Of a stretch of DNA of 64,000 bases, positions 16,591-25,692 are shown in pieces. The stretch's first letter is position 1; each line of letters starts with the position of its first letter. The stretch is from the IMG/VR virus record IMGVR_UViG_3300047483_000428, one strand, 5' to 3'. The position numbers and the translations under genes were made by a program. The stretch comes from a virus (taxonomy: Duplodnaviria; Heunggongvirae; Uroviricota; Caudoviricetes). The notes below the pieces were generated by a model, which worked only from the letters and a program-made list of their open reading frames with translations, did no database searches and was not told the DNA's origin.

Positions 16591-17010
16591 AAGAACACAG
16601 TGACCCTAACCGTTCTAACCGCTGAACTACATCGCAGTTTGAAGCCGCAATGGAGGGATTTGAACCCCCGACCTGTGTAGTATGTGTATATTTTCGTAAT
16701 GAGTGCTCTATCTGGATTCGAACCCTCGGACAGCATCAGCCCTACACCTACCGATCTGCTGACCGGAAAATAGGAGATCATTACATAGCCCGCACAACCA
16801 CGAATCGAACGTGTTTTCTTGACAACTGTCTATATAGACCAACTACCAGGTAGCTACAACTGGCTGTTGTGCGATTGTTGATGAGGTTTACCATGAGTCA
16901 TTTTAACTCATCAACAATATTTCTGTTTTCAACTGTAACAACTGTTGGACTCGAACCAACCCCACCTTGTCCTGAAACTACTCGTAGTTATACTACTTTC
17001 GCCCAAGGTT
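16591..17010 (-). other. block of degenerate/non-canonical tRNA-like elements (at least 4 T-arm-like and several D-arm/acceptor-like segments)
   Basis: T-loop-like GGGTTCGAATCC, GGGGGTTCAAATCCC, CACGTTCGATTCGTG and TTGGTTCGAGTCCAA occur with fitting acceptor pairs (e.g. GCACAAC/GTTGTGC), but anticodon arms could not be folded by eye. This block may hold the tRNAs missing from the hand-parsed set (Ala, Asn, Asp, Gln, Glu, Gly, Pro). Confidence 0.25.
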
Positions 17011-17121
17011 TATGACACCCTTGCACCGTATTGTTACATGTGAAAACAGAAATTATTTCATTCTGTTTTTTCTAAATTGTCAAAGAGCAGTGAAGCATCG
17101 CTTCGTTTTCTTACATTGTCT

Positions 17122-17149
17122 TTATATACTGATTCGCTTATAAAGTCAA
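17122..17149 (-). promoter_or_regulatory. promoter-like motif copy at the head of the tRNA array
   Basis: Plus strand reads tttatatactgattcgcttataaagtcaa, oriented to transcribe into the tRNA block at lower coordinates. Confidence 0.45.
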
Positions 17150-17154
17150 CATCT

Positions 17155-17196
17155 TTTTTCAATAAAAAACCCTCCGAAGATTTTCATCTTGGAGGG
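17155..17196 (-). terminator. rho-independent terminator downstream of the LamG-like gene
   Basis: Minus-strand hairpin CCCTCCAAGATGAAAATCTTCGGAGGG followed by TTTTTTATTG. Confidence 0.6.
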
Positions 17197-17365
17197 TTCC
17201 TGTGTTCGTTAGAACTGTATGGATATGTAAGTTACATTCCCATACCAAGACCCTCGCAGCCGCTATACATAAAGCGACCACACCAAGTGCGGCGAATAAT
17301 CATCTTATGTGTAGAAGCGGTTTTCATTGAAAGTCTTAGTCCTTTGTTTGTTTCTATTCTTTATT

Positions 17366-17392
17366 TATAGCACTATCAGAGTGATTCGTCAA
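17366..17392 (-). promoter_or_regulatory. promoter-like motif, variant spacing (TTGACG-N17-TATAAA)
   Basis: Revcomp reads gcTTGACGaatcactctgatagtgcTATAAAtaa, sigma70-like with the CGAATCAC block immediately after the -35. Confidence 0.45.
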
Positions 17393-17436
17393 GCATTATC
17401 TTCTATTTTATTTATCTTTTTTACATTTTTTCTGTA

Positions 17437-18519
17437 TTATAGACCGTAACGTGTCTTATGAGCATTGAAGTTTTGAAGTAGTTCTGTTGCACTCAGTGCT
17501 CTGTTATAGAACCGTATTCCGCCTAACTTTCCATCTAACCAAGCAAAACTGTTATTGGTGGAACCAAACTGCAAAAACTCTGGACTATCAAAAAGGGCAG
17601 TTGTTGACAAATCACTTCTTGTGAATTTCGCAACTCCATTCCTGTAACCAGTAAGTGATGCCCCGCTTCTGACTACTGCAACATGATACCAAGTTCCAGT
17701 GACCATTGGTTCAGAGTTAGACCATAATCCATGATATAACCAGTTTGTGCCATCAAAACTATATCTGAATGTTGGGCGATTTACCGCGCCAAACGCATCT
17801 ATATATAAACCATAACTTCTGTTTGAGGACGCACCTTCTTTTTCAAAAATGGTTTGGTTATTCACAGTATGTGCATCAATATTTACCCATACTTCCCAAG
17901 TGAAGTCGTTTGCGCCAACATCCAAAATGTCAGCTTGTGTATCACAAATAGCAGTAGCAGTAACATCAAAATCTAACACTCCACCATTTGAACTCAAATA
18001 AGTTACATCAGTGAGCGTTCCGTTGTATGCATTTGGTGAAAGGTCGTTCAACACAGTTCCAGTGCCAGGATAACTGTTGCCATCGCCAGGTTCGTAGTAA
18101 AGCTGTAGGCCACGTGTAGTCACAATATCGGTAGTTTCAGAAATGACTTCATATGACGCTGTTATTTGTATATCATTGGCAATACTTGCAAAAGAAACAA
18201 TCGCATCAGATTCTTCAAGGTAAATGCCAATTTCTTTAGTCATCAAAGAAACAGAGGAATTTGCAGGAACAGACACAGTGCTAAAAATAGAGTATGTAAT
18301 GCCATTTCTTGAAATTTGAACTGTAACAAGAGCAGGATATAGTCTATCCACGTTAGTCGCTACTATTTGATTTACTTTTATTAGCTTACCAGAACCAGCC
18401 TCATTGAACAAAATGACTTTTGGTGTTAGTTGTAGAACGGAGGAAACGCTACTTTCTCCGTCTATATTTAGACTATTTGCTATATTTGGTGCAGTCATAT
18501 TATACCTCGTGATCAACAT
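17437..18519 (-). CDS. concanavalin-A-like lectin/glucanase (LamG-like) domain protein
   Basis: C-terminal 200 aa carry a jelly-roll signature (WYHVAVV..SG....YRNG, LDG.L..IR.YNRALS). The N-terminal 160 aa are a different Ser/Thr-rich beta region. Confidence 0.55.
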   Translation of the reverse strand: MLITRYNMTAPNIANSLNIDGESSVSSVLQLTPKVILFNEAGSGKLIKVNQIVATNVDRLYPALVTVQISRNGITYSIFSTVSVPANSSVSLMTKEIGIYLEESDAIVSFASIANDIQITASYEVISETTDIVTTRGLQLYYEPGDGNSYPGTGTVLNDLSPNAYNGTLTDVTYLSSNGGVLDFDVTATAICDTQADILDVGANDFTWEVWVNIDAHTVNNQTIFEKEGASSNRSYGLYIDAFGAVNRPTFRYSFDGTNWLYHGLWSNSEPMVTGTWYHVAVVRSGASLTGYRNGVAKFTRSDLSTTALFDSPEFLQFGSTNNSFAWLDGKLGGIRFYNRALSATELLQNFNAHKTRYGL

Positions 18520-18574
18520 GTATACTTGATTTGAAGTTTTTTGTCAAGAATTATATGCTGTTTTATTTATCTAT

Positions 18575-19702
18575 TTATATTACGATTACGCCAAGTGGCG
18601 GAAACCCATTGAACGCAACCGTTGAGTATGTAGTTGTGTATGCTCCACAGTTCTTGATAAAGATTCTATCACCAGACTTCAAGTCAGTTGGAAACTTTAC
18701 TTTGTTAGTTTCATACAAAACATCAGCACTATCACAGGTAGGACCAGCAAGAACACAGGACATTGTATCATTGCTACGGCAATCTGGTGTCACAAACTGA
18801 TACTTGATTGCTTCTTCTGCGGTTTCTGCAAGGCCACTGAACTTACCAATATCCAAGTAAACCCAACGAACTTCGTCACCTTCATTTTTAGTTGACACAA
18901 GTAGAACATTGGCAGAAATCATACCAACATTTCCAACCATACCACGGCCAGGTTCTGCCATGATATACTCAACAACGCCAAACTTATCCGAAATCATCTG
19001 TGTGAGTAGTTGGCAGTATGCCTCTGAATCGGTGATAGGAACGCCATAGAAGGCAGGAAATCCACCACCTATGTTGAGTAGCTTCATATCAAAGCCATTG
19101 CTTACAGCGTCTTTCCAGACCTCTGAGGCATATGTCAGAGTGTCATCCCACATTTCTGGATGACGAGTTTGCGACCCAACATGGAAGCTAATACCGATTG
19201 GTTTCAGCCCAACAGATTTAGCATACTTCATGAGAGGAATAGCTTTTGATTGTCCGCATCCAAACTTACGACTCAATGGCCATTCCGCTTGTGAGTTTGT
19301 AACTAATAGGCGAATGAATACTTCACTGTTCGGTGCGTATTTTGCTATCTTGTCTAGTTCTTCTTCTGCATCTGCTGCATAAAGTTTGATACCTTGTGCA
19401 TACGCATATTCAAGGTCTGCTGGACGCTTTACCGTGTTTCCAAAACTAATGTGTTCTGGTTTAGCGCCAGCATATAGACATATGCGTATTTCTTCTGCGC
19501 TTGCTGCGTCAAAACGGCATCCAAGTTTGACGAGTTTGTTTATGATTTCCTTTTGTGGATTTGCTTTCACGGCATAGTGAATATGGGCATTTCCAAGTCC
19601 AGATTTCAATTTTTTGTAGTTTTCTTCTACCTTCTCCACATCTAGAACGAGGGTTGGATAGTCGAAAACATTCGAGCGAATGTAATCTTCTAGTTTATCC
19701 AT
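18575..19702 (-). CDS. PLP-dependent decarboxylase, Orn/DAP/Arg decarboxylase family (fold-type III)
   Basis: Family-2 PLP attachment signature HYAVKANPQKEIINKLVKLG, the Gly-rich motif IGGGFP and a C-terminal beta-domain. 375 aa, similar in size to CANSDC/NspC or short ODC. Confidence 0.75.
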   Translation of the reverse strand: MDKLEDYIRSNVFDYPTLVLDVEKVEENYKKLKSGLGNAHIHYAVKANPQKEIINKLVKLGCRFDAASAEEIRICLYAGAKPEHISFGNTVKRPADLEYAYAQGIKLYAADAEEELDKIAKYAPNSEVFIRLLVTNSQAEWPLSRKFGCGQSKAIPLMKYAKSVGLKPIGISFHVGSQTRHPEMWDDTLTYASEVWKDAVSNGFDMKLLNIGGGFPAFYGVPITDSEAYCQLLTQMISDKFGVVEYIMAEPGRGMVGNVGMISANVLLVSTKNEGDEVRWVYLDIGKFSGLAETAEEAIKYQFVTPDCRSNDTMSCVLAGPTCDSADVLYETNKVKFPTDLKSGDRIFIKNCGAYTTTYSTVAFNGFPPLGVIVI

Positions 19703-19747
19703 AGTGTTGTGACCCTTTCGTAAAACAACACAGTTATTTATAAGATA

Positions 19748-19837
19748 TGGCGGAAAGTGTGGGATTCGAACCCACGAGAGGTTTCACCCCCTGCTCGTTT
19801 AGTAGACGAGTGCCATCGACCGCTCGGCCAACTTTCC
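19748..19837 (-). tRNA. type II tRNA with anticodon loop CTACTAA (reads as ACT; atypical)
   Basis: GGAAAGT-TG-GCC-GAGCGGTCGAT-GGC-A-CTCGT-CTACTAA-ACGAG plus a long variable arm, then GTGGG-TTCGAAT-CCCAC-ACTTTCC-G-CCA. Ser/Leu-type architecture. Confidence 0.5.
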
Positions 19838-19840
19838 TTT

Positions 19841-20551
19841 TTATTTTCGTATCACTACCGTATATGAACCAAGTTCCGCATCTGGGTATGATGTCAGCAT
19901 GGGAACAATTTCAACATTCTTATACTTATCAAAAAAACTTTTGTCATAGAATGTAAGTGGAGTAGTTTTGTATTTCTCAGACAATTGCTCAAGTGTTAGA
20001 TTTTGTCTGTTTGCTTGCTTTTCCTTGAAAAGATTCTCTGTTTCTTTATCTTTCACATCGGATATCACAACGCCATATTTTGAGCAACGTAGCATTTCTT
20101 GAGTGACGTAATCAGCATCATCATATGATAGATATTGAAAAACTGAATTTGATATGAACCAATCAACTTTATTATCAGTTATCGGTATTTTTTTATCGGA
20201 AACAAAAAAGTGATGTGCTTGCATAGGAAACAGTATCATGCATTGGTCTATAAGTTGTTTGCTTATATCAATTCCATATACATCATTTCCATATGTGTGG
20301 TGAAGGTAATGTAATAATGCAGCGTTTCCGCATCCAAACTCAGCTATTGACGAATTTGTTTCAACAAAATCCATCATGTATTCTACATACGATTTGAATG
20401 TGTTTTTGTCGCAATCAAAAATGGCCTTGTGCAATTCAAAAGATGAATCAAATACCGATTTGTCAGTTGATACTAGTATTTTGTTTGTTTCTAAAACCCA
20501 TGAAAGATTTGGATTGTTAAATATTTTATTCCATGTTTTTACTTCGGTCAT
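19841..20551 (-). CDS. class I SAM-dependent methyltransferase
   Basis: Motif I IAEFGCGNAALLHYL and motif II VYGIDIS. Confidence 0.6.
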   Translation of the reverse strand: MTEVKTWNKIFNNPNLSWVLETNKILVSTDKSVFDSSFELHKAIFDCDKNTFKSYVEYMMDFVETNSSIAEFGCGNAALLHYLHHTYGNDVYGIDISKQLIDQCMILFPMQAHHFFVSDKKIPITDNKVDWFISNSVFQYLSYDDADYVTQEMLRCSKYGVVISDVKDKETENLFKEKQANRQNLTLEQLSEKYKTTPLTFYDKSFFDKYKNVEIVPMLTSYPDAELGSYTVVIRK

Positions 20552-20777
20552 TCGGAATTTCTTTTCTTACTTTCCAATAAACCCAACTCTCCATACAATG
20601 GTGGCTATCGTTAAATACCAAGTTTATAAACCATACGATGTTTGGTTTGTTAGTTCGTTTCCAATGCCAATTTCTTGCACTAAAAGTTTGATTGCTTTCT
20701 CCACCAATCACTACATTGAAGAGAATACTAAATGCGGTGCCGCATCTTTTTATATAGTTTGTTAATACATTTCTCAT
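20526..20777 (-). CDS. hypothetical protein
   Basis: 83 aa, Trp-rich ORF upstream of the methyltransferase. Confidence 0.3.
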   Translation of the reverse strand: MRNVLTNYIKRCGTAFSILFNVVIGGESNQTFSARNWHWKRTNKPNIVWFINLVFNDSHHCMESWVYWKVRKEIPNDRSKNME

Positions 20778-20954
20778 AAATGTATTTATATAAAACCCCC
20801 AACCAGATGCTTATGCGCGGGAACACGACATTTTACGGTATACCAGCATCATTCTCTGTATCAGAGAGGAACAGATTTTAAAGATTGTTAAGGATAAGTC
20901 CCATCCACAGCCGCATGGGTTAACTTACGTGGCAAATCCAGAGGGTTTTATATT

Positions 20955-21575
20955 TCAAATTTTACCATTCAACTCGTTAAACAAACACAAAGCGTATTCA
21001 TCGTGAGCATCTTTATTTGGATGTGATCCATCCAATGCAGGAGGATATTTTAATCTAATACTATCAAAATCAGATTTCAAAAATTCAAAACTCATCCAAT
21101 TTCCAACACTTTTTGAGGTAATATTAGAAATAGATAAAAGTGCGTGAAAGTTATTTACATCTTTTGACCATAAATATCGGTGTATATGGTCCGCTCTTAA
21201 ATTCAAATCTATTAAACCATCATATTCAGAATATAAGTTTTCATAATACCATTCATACTCTGAATATCTTGGTAGTATAAAAACATCATCCGAGTTTTCT
21301 CTAAAATATGTTGTTCTTGTAATAAAAGACCAATTTACTATAACAATATCATCTTGATGATAACCAAAGTCAACTACAGTTTTCCATATTTTTTTATTAC
21401 TAGCACCAGGAATACTTTTGTTTACTACTTCTTGTATTCCTAGTTTTTCAGCGAGAGTATTTGGCCAACCCATCTTACTTGGATACGATGTTATATATGG
21501 ATATTCATTGGTATGACAATCCTCTAACGAGTGTCCATATGTGTAACTGCAACCAAAAACAACTAATCTACTCAT
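20955..21575 (-). CDS. SGNH/GDSL-like hydrolase (tentative)
   Basis: N-terminal block VVFGCSYTYG is block I-like, a GASN block follows, and the C-terminal DGSHPNKDAH fits the DxxH catalytic pair. Confidence 0.45.
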   Translation of the reverse strand: MSRLVVFGCSYTYGHSLEDCHTNEYPYITSYPSKMGWPNTLAEKLGIQEVVNKSIPGASNKKIWKTVVDFGYHQDDIVIVNWSFITRTTYFRENSDDVFILPRYSEYEWYYENLYSEYDGLIDLNLRADHIHRYLWSKDVNNFHALLSISNITSKSVGNWMSFEFLKSDFDSIRLKYPPALDGSHPNKDAHDEYALCLFNELNGKI

Positions 21576-21586
21576 TTTTTAACCTC

Positions 21587-21683
21587 TGGTGTTGGAGAGG
21601 GATTTGAACCCTGCTTTGAACAATTTGTTTCATCCGCCTGCCCGAATATATGAAACAACATCAGCACACCATGCCAGTCCAAC
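21587..21683 (-). tRNA. tRNA-like element with canonical T-arm/acceptor but a long central hairpin instead of D/anticodon arms
   Basis: 3' AGGG-TTCAAAT-CCCT-CTCCAAC-A-CCA and 5' GTTGGAC pair; the centre is a 9 bp hairpin TTGTTTCAT...ATGAAACAA. Confidence 0.25.
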
Positions 21684-21893
21684 ATAATAAATCGTATGCA
21701 TCTTTATCCCTTCTACCCAGTCCACTGTAGGTGCGCCGTAGCTGGCCACACAGCTTCAACCTAGTCCAGTCTTCAACACTCACGTGCTACGATACACGGC
21801 ATTACTCTGCTTCGGGCTTTTTTTGCGGTTGCTACATCGCTTCTCATCATATGGGTTACCGCCCATACTATCTGTTGCTACACAGAACGTCTA

Positions 21894-21978
21894 TGGTGCC
21901 CGTAGAGGGACTTGAACCCCCACTCCGTTAGGAACCTGATTTTGAGTCAGGCGCGTCTACCAATTTCACCATACGGGC
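21894..21978 (-). tRNA. tRNA-Leu (anticodon CAA), type II
   Basis: GCCCGTA-TG-GTG-AAATTGGTAGA-CGC-G-CCTGA-CTCAAAA-TCAGG plus variable arm TTCCTAACGGAGTG, then GGGGG-TTCAAGT-CCCTC-TACGGGC-A-CCA. Confidence 0.75.
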
Positions 21979-21982
21979 AAAT

Positions 21983-22198
21983 TTATAAATCTTTTGTATT
22001 ATCTATCTCTCTACCAAGAGAAATATTTTTTTGTGCTCTTACTTTGTTGTTTGGCCAAGTCCAACACTGTCCATCATCATCACCAAAACAAACCCACATC
22101 AAGTTATGTTCTGGTCCATAATCTATCAAAACATGCGCCAATGCTGGACCTCTTGGCGTATAAAGAGGTATCGGTGGATTTAGCTGTAACATATTCAT
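21983..22198 (-). CDS. hypothetical protein
   Basis: 71 aa ORF. Confidence 0.35.
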   Translation of the reverse strand: MNMLQLNPPIPLYTPRGPALAHVLIDYGPEHNLMWVCFGDDDGQCWTWPNNKVRAQKNISLGREIDNTKDL

Positions 22199-22220
22199 GT
22201 AAGTTCTCCCCTCACACTAT

Positions 22221-22847
22221 TTATGCTACTGACGCCTCTTTCACAACTTTTGCAACTACTTTATACAAACCAGGATTTACAACTAACGCTTTTGGCATCA
22301 ACTCATGACGAATAAAGTTACGCATATACTTTGTATCGCTGTTACTTTTATCTTCAATCCATTCAATGCTTTTTCGTTCACACCAATCAACAAACTCATA
22401 CTTACGGTTCATACGAAATGGACGAATAACATTCATGTTGCGATATGGAATAACTTTACCAAAACCGTTCAATGACGACCAAATCCAAGTTTCAGTGCAA
22501 TCATCCAAGTGATGACAAGTTACAACTGGCACATCCATACTATAGAAGATTTTGTATCGCTCGTTTCTCCAATGTTCTTCCTGAGACGTATTTTTGGGAG
22601 GGTTTTCATCAGAAATACATGTCTTGATGAGACGTTCACCAAATACAGAATCAAGAAACTTTTCTGCTTCTCTACTTGTTTCAGTTCCGTGATTTACAAA
22701 TAGGGGACGGACTGTATGATTGCGACTTAGGAAGTCAACAACTGCCATACTATCAACGCCGCCACTACAAGCGACAATCACTTCACGTGGGATTTTACCT
22801 TGGATTTTGATCATATTCGAAACAGTCTTTTCCTGTTTGGTGTTCAA
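22221..22847 (-). CDS. PP-loop ATP pyrophosphatase (TilS-like tRNA(Ile)-lysidine synthetase or QueC-like)
   Basis: SGGVDS PP-loop in VIVACSGGVDSMAVVDFL followed by FVNHG. Context of four CAT-anticodon tRNAs favours TilS-like. Confidence 0.6.
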   Translation of the reverse strand: MNTKQEKTVSNMIKIQGKIPREVIVACSGGVDSMAVVDFLSRNHTVRPLFVNHGTETSREAEKFLDSVFGERLIKTCISDENPPKNTSQEEHWRNERYKIFYSMDVPVVTCHHLDDCTETWIWSSLNGFGKVIPYRNMNVIRPFRMNRKYEFVDWCERKSIEWIEDKSNSDTKYMRNFIRHELMPKALVVNPGLYKVVAKVVKEASVA

Positions 22848-23046
22848 ATGTTAGAAGGCCGAGTCGTGGAGACTTCTTATTCGCACATACACCATAATCA
22901 AATCCAAGTTCCCCGTCAAGAGGCAAAAACCATTTACATCCACAACTACAGTCTGGGTAATCTTGATTGTCGGCCCATCGTTTGACTTCTCCACCATAAT
23001 CAGTGTAATCAGATGGAAGGACTTTTATAAACGACATATCAATCAT
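22795..23046 (-). CDS. hypothetical Cys-containing small protein
   Basis: 83 aa with a CSCGCKW motif. Confidence 0.35.
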   Translation of the reverse strand: MIDMSFIKVLPSDYTDYGGEVKRWADNQDYPDCSCGCKWFLPLDGELGFDYGVCANKKSPRLGLLTFEHQTGKDCFEYDQNPR

Positions 23047-23064
23047 ATTCAGACCTTTTTATTT

Positions 23065-23141
23065 TGGTAGTCCCCCTCGGACTTGAACCGAGATATCCGT
23101 TCTTATGAGGAACGCTCATTCACCAATTATGATAGAGGACC
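23065..23141 (-). tRNA. tRNA with CAT anticodon, copy 4
   Basis: GGTCCTC-TA-TCAT-AATTGGTGA-ATGA-G-CGTTC-CTCATAA-GAACG-GATAT-CTCGG-TTCAAGT-CCGAG-GGGGACT-A-CCA. Confidence 0.7.
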
Positions 23142-23255
23142 GTAATTCTGTTCGGTTTGTCGCAGACTCCGAAAAACTGCTTTCAGTAACCTAGACGCAG
23201 AGCATCATCCCTGTAGGACCATTGTCCCGCTACCGCCATCGCATTACCTTCTAAA

Positions 23256-23332
23256 TGGTGCCCCCGGTGGGATTCGAACCCACACTGTAGAGATTTTAAG
23301 TCTCCTGCCTCCTGCCTTTGGGCTACGAGGGC
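23256..23332 (-). tRNA. type I tRNA with anticodon TAA (Leu-type anticodon on a short-variable-arm body)
   Basis: GCCCTCG-TA-GCC-...-GGC-A-GGAGA-CTTAAAA-TCTCT-ACAGT-GTGGG-TTCGAAT-CCCAC-CGGGGGC-A-CCA. Confidence 0.55.
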
Positions 23333-23452
23333 ATTTTATTACTTGTTCCGACACCAGCCCCCAAACCCGCCGTGTCAGTGACTACTTCCATATCCCAAAG
23401 AGAACAGAAAGGAAAAGGTTCTCAACGGTATACTAAGTATCTTTCCTAATAT

Positions 23453-23529
23453 TGGCGATTCCGGCAGGACTCGAACCTGCAACCCACAGCTTAGAAGGCT
23501 GTTGCTCTATCCAGTTGAGCTACGGAACC
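23453..23529 (-). tRNA. tRNA-Arg (anticodon TCT)
   Basis: GGTTCCG-TA-GCTC-AACTGGATA-GAGC-A-ACAGC-CTTCTAA-GCTGT-GGGTT-GCAGG-TTCGAGT-CCTGC-CGGAATC-G-CCA. Confidence 0.75.
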
Positions 23530-23542
23530 ATTATGTAGGTAT

Positions 23543-23692
23543 TTATCAAATTGCTTTCAATTCAGCACGAGACACGCCGTTGTGTCCACGAATAGCATGA
23601 AAGAAAGACAAAGCAGCAGCACGAGTATCAAACACTTTTTCACCAGCATGACGACCGTAGCGGCTCCAAACGACTTTGAACATTTTGTTCAT
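23543..23692 (-). CDS. hypothetical small protein (49 aa)
   Basis: Hand translation gives MNKMFKVVWSRYGRHAGEKVFDTRAAALSFFHAIRGHNGVSRAELKAI. It has an AGAGAGGG RBS and a promoter motif at 23705..23732. Confidence 0.3.
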
Positions 23693-23704
23693 CCCTCTCT
23701 TGAT

Positions 23705-23732
23705 TACTTTCTTACTATAGCCGATTCGTGTT
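23705..23732 (-). promoter_or_regulatory. promoter-like motif copy
   Basis: Plus strand reads ctatagccgattcgtgttagattgtcaa. Confidence 0.45.
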
Positions 23733-23738
23733 AGATTG

Positions 23739-23954
23739 TCAAGACTGTTTTTCCCATTTTACTTTTTTCATTATCTCGTCGTGCCAAGCAAGATGTTTTT
23801 CATACCATTCCACCCGATTGCCACCGTCTTTACGGTCTTCAACAAAAGCATGAAGATGATCAGACATCATTTTAGTTTTGTAGTCTCGTAGAATCTCACT
23901 GATATGAGTTGCCTCAAAATCATCAAGACCAGATATAGTAAGGGTATGAGGCAT
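23739..23954 (-). CDS. hypothetical protein
   Basis: 71 aa. Confidence 0.4.
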   Translation of the reverse strand: MPHTLTISGLDDFEATHISEILRDYKTKMMSDHLHAFVEDRKDGGNRVEWYEKHLAWHDEIMKKVKWEKQS

Positions 23955-24343
23955 CAGCCAAACTCCCGCTTCAGTTTCTTATACATCTTGAAGTCTTCTT
24001 CTGACATAGCGTCAACATCGTTTTCTGCTTGTGCAGCAAGAGTATTGAACAAGATTTGTTTTGCTTCATTTACTTCCGAAACAATATTACTTTCACCAAC
24101 AAACCTACGAGACACTTCCACTTCAACAACCGAAAGGGTTCGCTTGCTGTTGTATTGAACATAGTCAAGATATTCAATGACTTCTTTACGAGTGACGTAA
24201 AGTCTTGCATCCTCAATATTAGTTGAAAACTCTAGTTTTCCAAACATATCGCGAACATAATATTCGCCTGTCGCCTTGTCATAGAATGCGAGTTTGATTA
24301 CTGACATTTGTTTACTTTCAGAGTTTGATGCCAAGAACTTCAA
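23954..24343 (-). CDS. hypothetical protein
   Basis: 129 aa. Confidence 0.45.
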   Translation of the reverse strand: MKFLASNSESKQMSVIKLAFYDKATGEYYVRDMFGKLEFSTNIEDARLYVTRKEVIEYLDYVQYNSKRTLSVVEVEVSRRFVGESNIVSEVNEAKQILFNTLAAQAENDVDAMSEEDFKMYKKLKREFG

Positions 24344-24653
24344 GTTCTTCTGCGGTCAGTTTGCCCAAAGCAACTTTTCGAAGTTCTTCCTTACGCTTTT
24401 CGGCGGCTTCACGAGCACGGCGCTTTTCATCTTTCTCTTTGTGCTTTTTCCACCAAAGACCAAGAGTGCGGCGTTTTACACCAGCTTCATCCCAATCAAC
24501 CAAGTCAAGAACCTTGTTCAACTCGTCTACGCCAAGTTTGCTTTCAAGTGCAGTCAAGATACCGCACATCGAAGCTTCAAGCATATTGTGTTCAGCAACC
24601 TCATCGCGGCTCACACGAACTTCGTCACTCCAACCACCATCACTGCAAGGCAT
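24318..24653 (-). CDS. hypothetical protein with Lys/Glu-rich C-terminus
   Basis: 111 aa. Confidence 0.4.
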   Translation of the reverse strand: MPCSDGGWSDEVRVSRDEVAEHNMLEASMCGILTALESKLGVDELNKVLDLVDWDEAGVKRRTLGLWWKKHKEKDEKRRAREAAEKRKEELRKVALGKLTAEELEVLGIKL

Positions 24654-24687
24654 TTTGTATCTCCTTATGTTTCAGAAGTAGGTTGGT

Positions 24688-24990
24688 TCAGGCGACTGCC
24701 TGAACCTTGCTCACCATCATCGCAGGAACTTTCCAGTTCGTGGTAACATTGTTCAGACCTTTTTGAGAAACAATCAGGTTCTTGCGGTTAACTTTTGTAA
24801 CAACGCCACGAATTACCACACCACGAGCGACAAACTCAACTTCTTCACCGACCACAACAGAGCGAACATTTTGATTAGTGATGAAAGTGCGTTGAAGTTT
24901 GATGCGTTCAGCAATGCGAACGATTTGGTCAAAGTCAGCTTTGCCGATCAGAGTCAGAACAGTGTCCATTTCAGTGGCGGTGAGTTTCAT
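24688..24990 (-). CDS. hypothetical protein
   Basis: Start moved to MKLTATEM, which has an AGAGAGGAAA RBS downstream of promoter motif 25020..25049. Confidence 0.45.
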   Translation of the reverse strand: MKLTATEMDTVLTLIGKADFDQIVRIAERIKLQRTFITNQNVRSVVVGEEVEFVARGVVIRGVVTKVNRKNLIVSQKGLNNVTTNWKVPAMMVSKVQAVA

Positions 24991-25019
24991 TTTGATTTCC
25001 TCTCTTTTGCTTACAGGAT

Positions 25020-25049
25020 ATGTATATCGTGATTCGTTCAGATTGTCAA
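25020..25049 (-). promoter_or_regulatory. promoter-like motif copy
   Basis: Plus strand reads atgtatatcgtgattcgttcagattgtcaa. Confidence 0.5.
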
Positions 25050-25252
25050 GCAGCTTCTTCAACATAGAAGTTGTGGCTTTGGCTGCAAAGTTGATAAAGC
25101 CAAGCATCAACCATGTCGATATACGACTTATACTTTGCAACAGGAACCGCGCCAGTCAACCCCATGTAGGGATCATAAGTAACGCCTTTTGTTTCATACA
25201 CAACGTAGATGGGGTTTTCAATAAACTTGGTTTCCATCATCGTCTCCCTCAT
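25046..25252 (-). CDS. hypothetical protein
   Basis: 68 aa; promoter motif at 25266..25294. Confidence 0.4.
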   Translation of the reverse strand: MRETMMETKFIENPIYVVYETKGVTYDPYMGLTGAVPVAKYKSYIDMVDAWLYQLCSQSHNFYVEEAA

Positions 25253-25290
25253 TGGCTACAGTGTATGTATATCGTGATTCTTTTGGAATG

Positions 25291-25692
25291 TCAACGAAAA
25301 ACCATCGGCAGAACAGAAATAAACATAACAATCATACCACCGATAACAATTTTCATCGTATTGACAGATGATTGCAATTCCCGTGCTTTACGCTTTAGGG
25401 CATATTCTTTGTTCATCAGGTTGCGATGTTCAATTGACAGATTGTCATATAGGTATTTCAGGGTTCGGTAATCAGCAGAGTTATTATTTTGCTTGTGATA
25501 ATTGTAATATGCCAGAGCCTTCTCATACCAATACTTTGCAGTATGGCCATTATAAGTAACTTCTTCTGACTTTTGACCAAAAGATTGAGTTACTTTTCCA
25601 CCTTTCTTTCGTGCCATTCGCAAACAAGCAATTGCTTCGTCTTCAGAAGTGGTGCTCATAGCCTTGGCGATAAGTTGGTCAGTCGTGCTCAT
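25291..25692 (-). CDS. hypothetical C-terminally membrane-anchored protein
   Basis: 133 aa with a C-terminal TM, IVIGGMIVMFISVLPMVF. Confidence 0.45.
   Translation of the reverse strand: MSTTDQLIAKAMSTTSEDEAIACLRMARKKGGKVTQSFGQKSEEVTYNGHTAKYWYEKALAYYNYHKQNNNSADYRTLKYLYDNLSIEHRNLMNKEYALKRKARELQSSVNTMKIVIGGMIVMFISVLPMVFR

Noticed and set aside
24294-24746. Plus-strand ORFs 24294..24746 and 24325..24681 (Ser/Arg-rich)
   Set aside because: They are antisense to 24318..24653 and are low-complexity translations of a Lys/Glu-rich coding strand.
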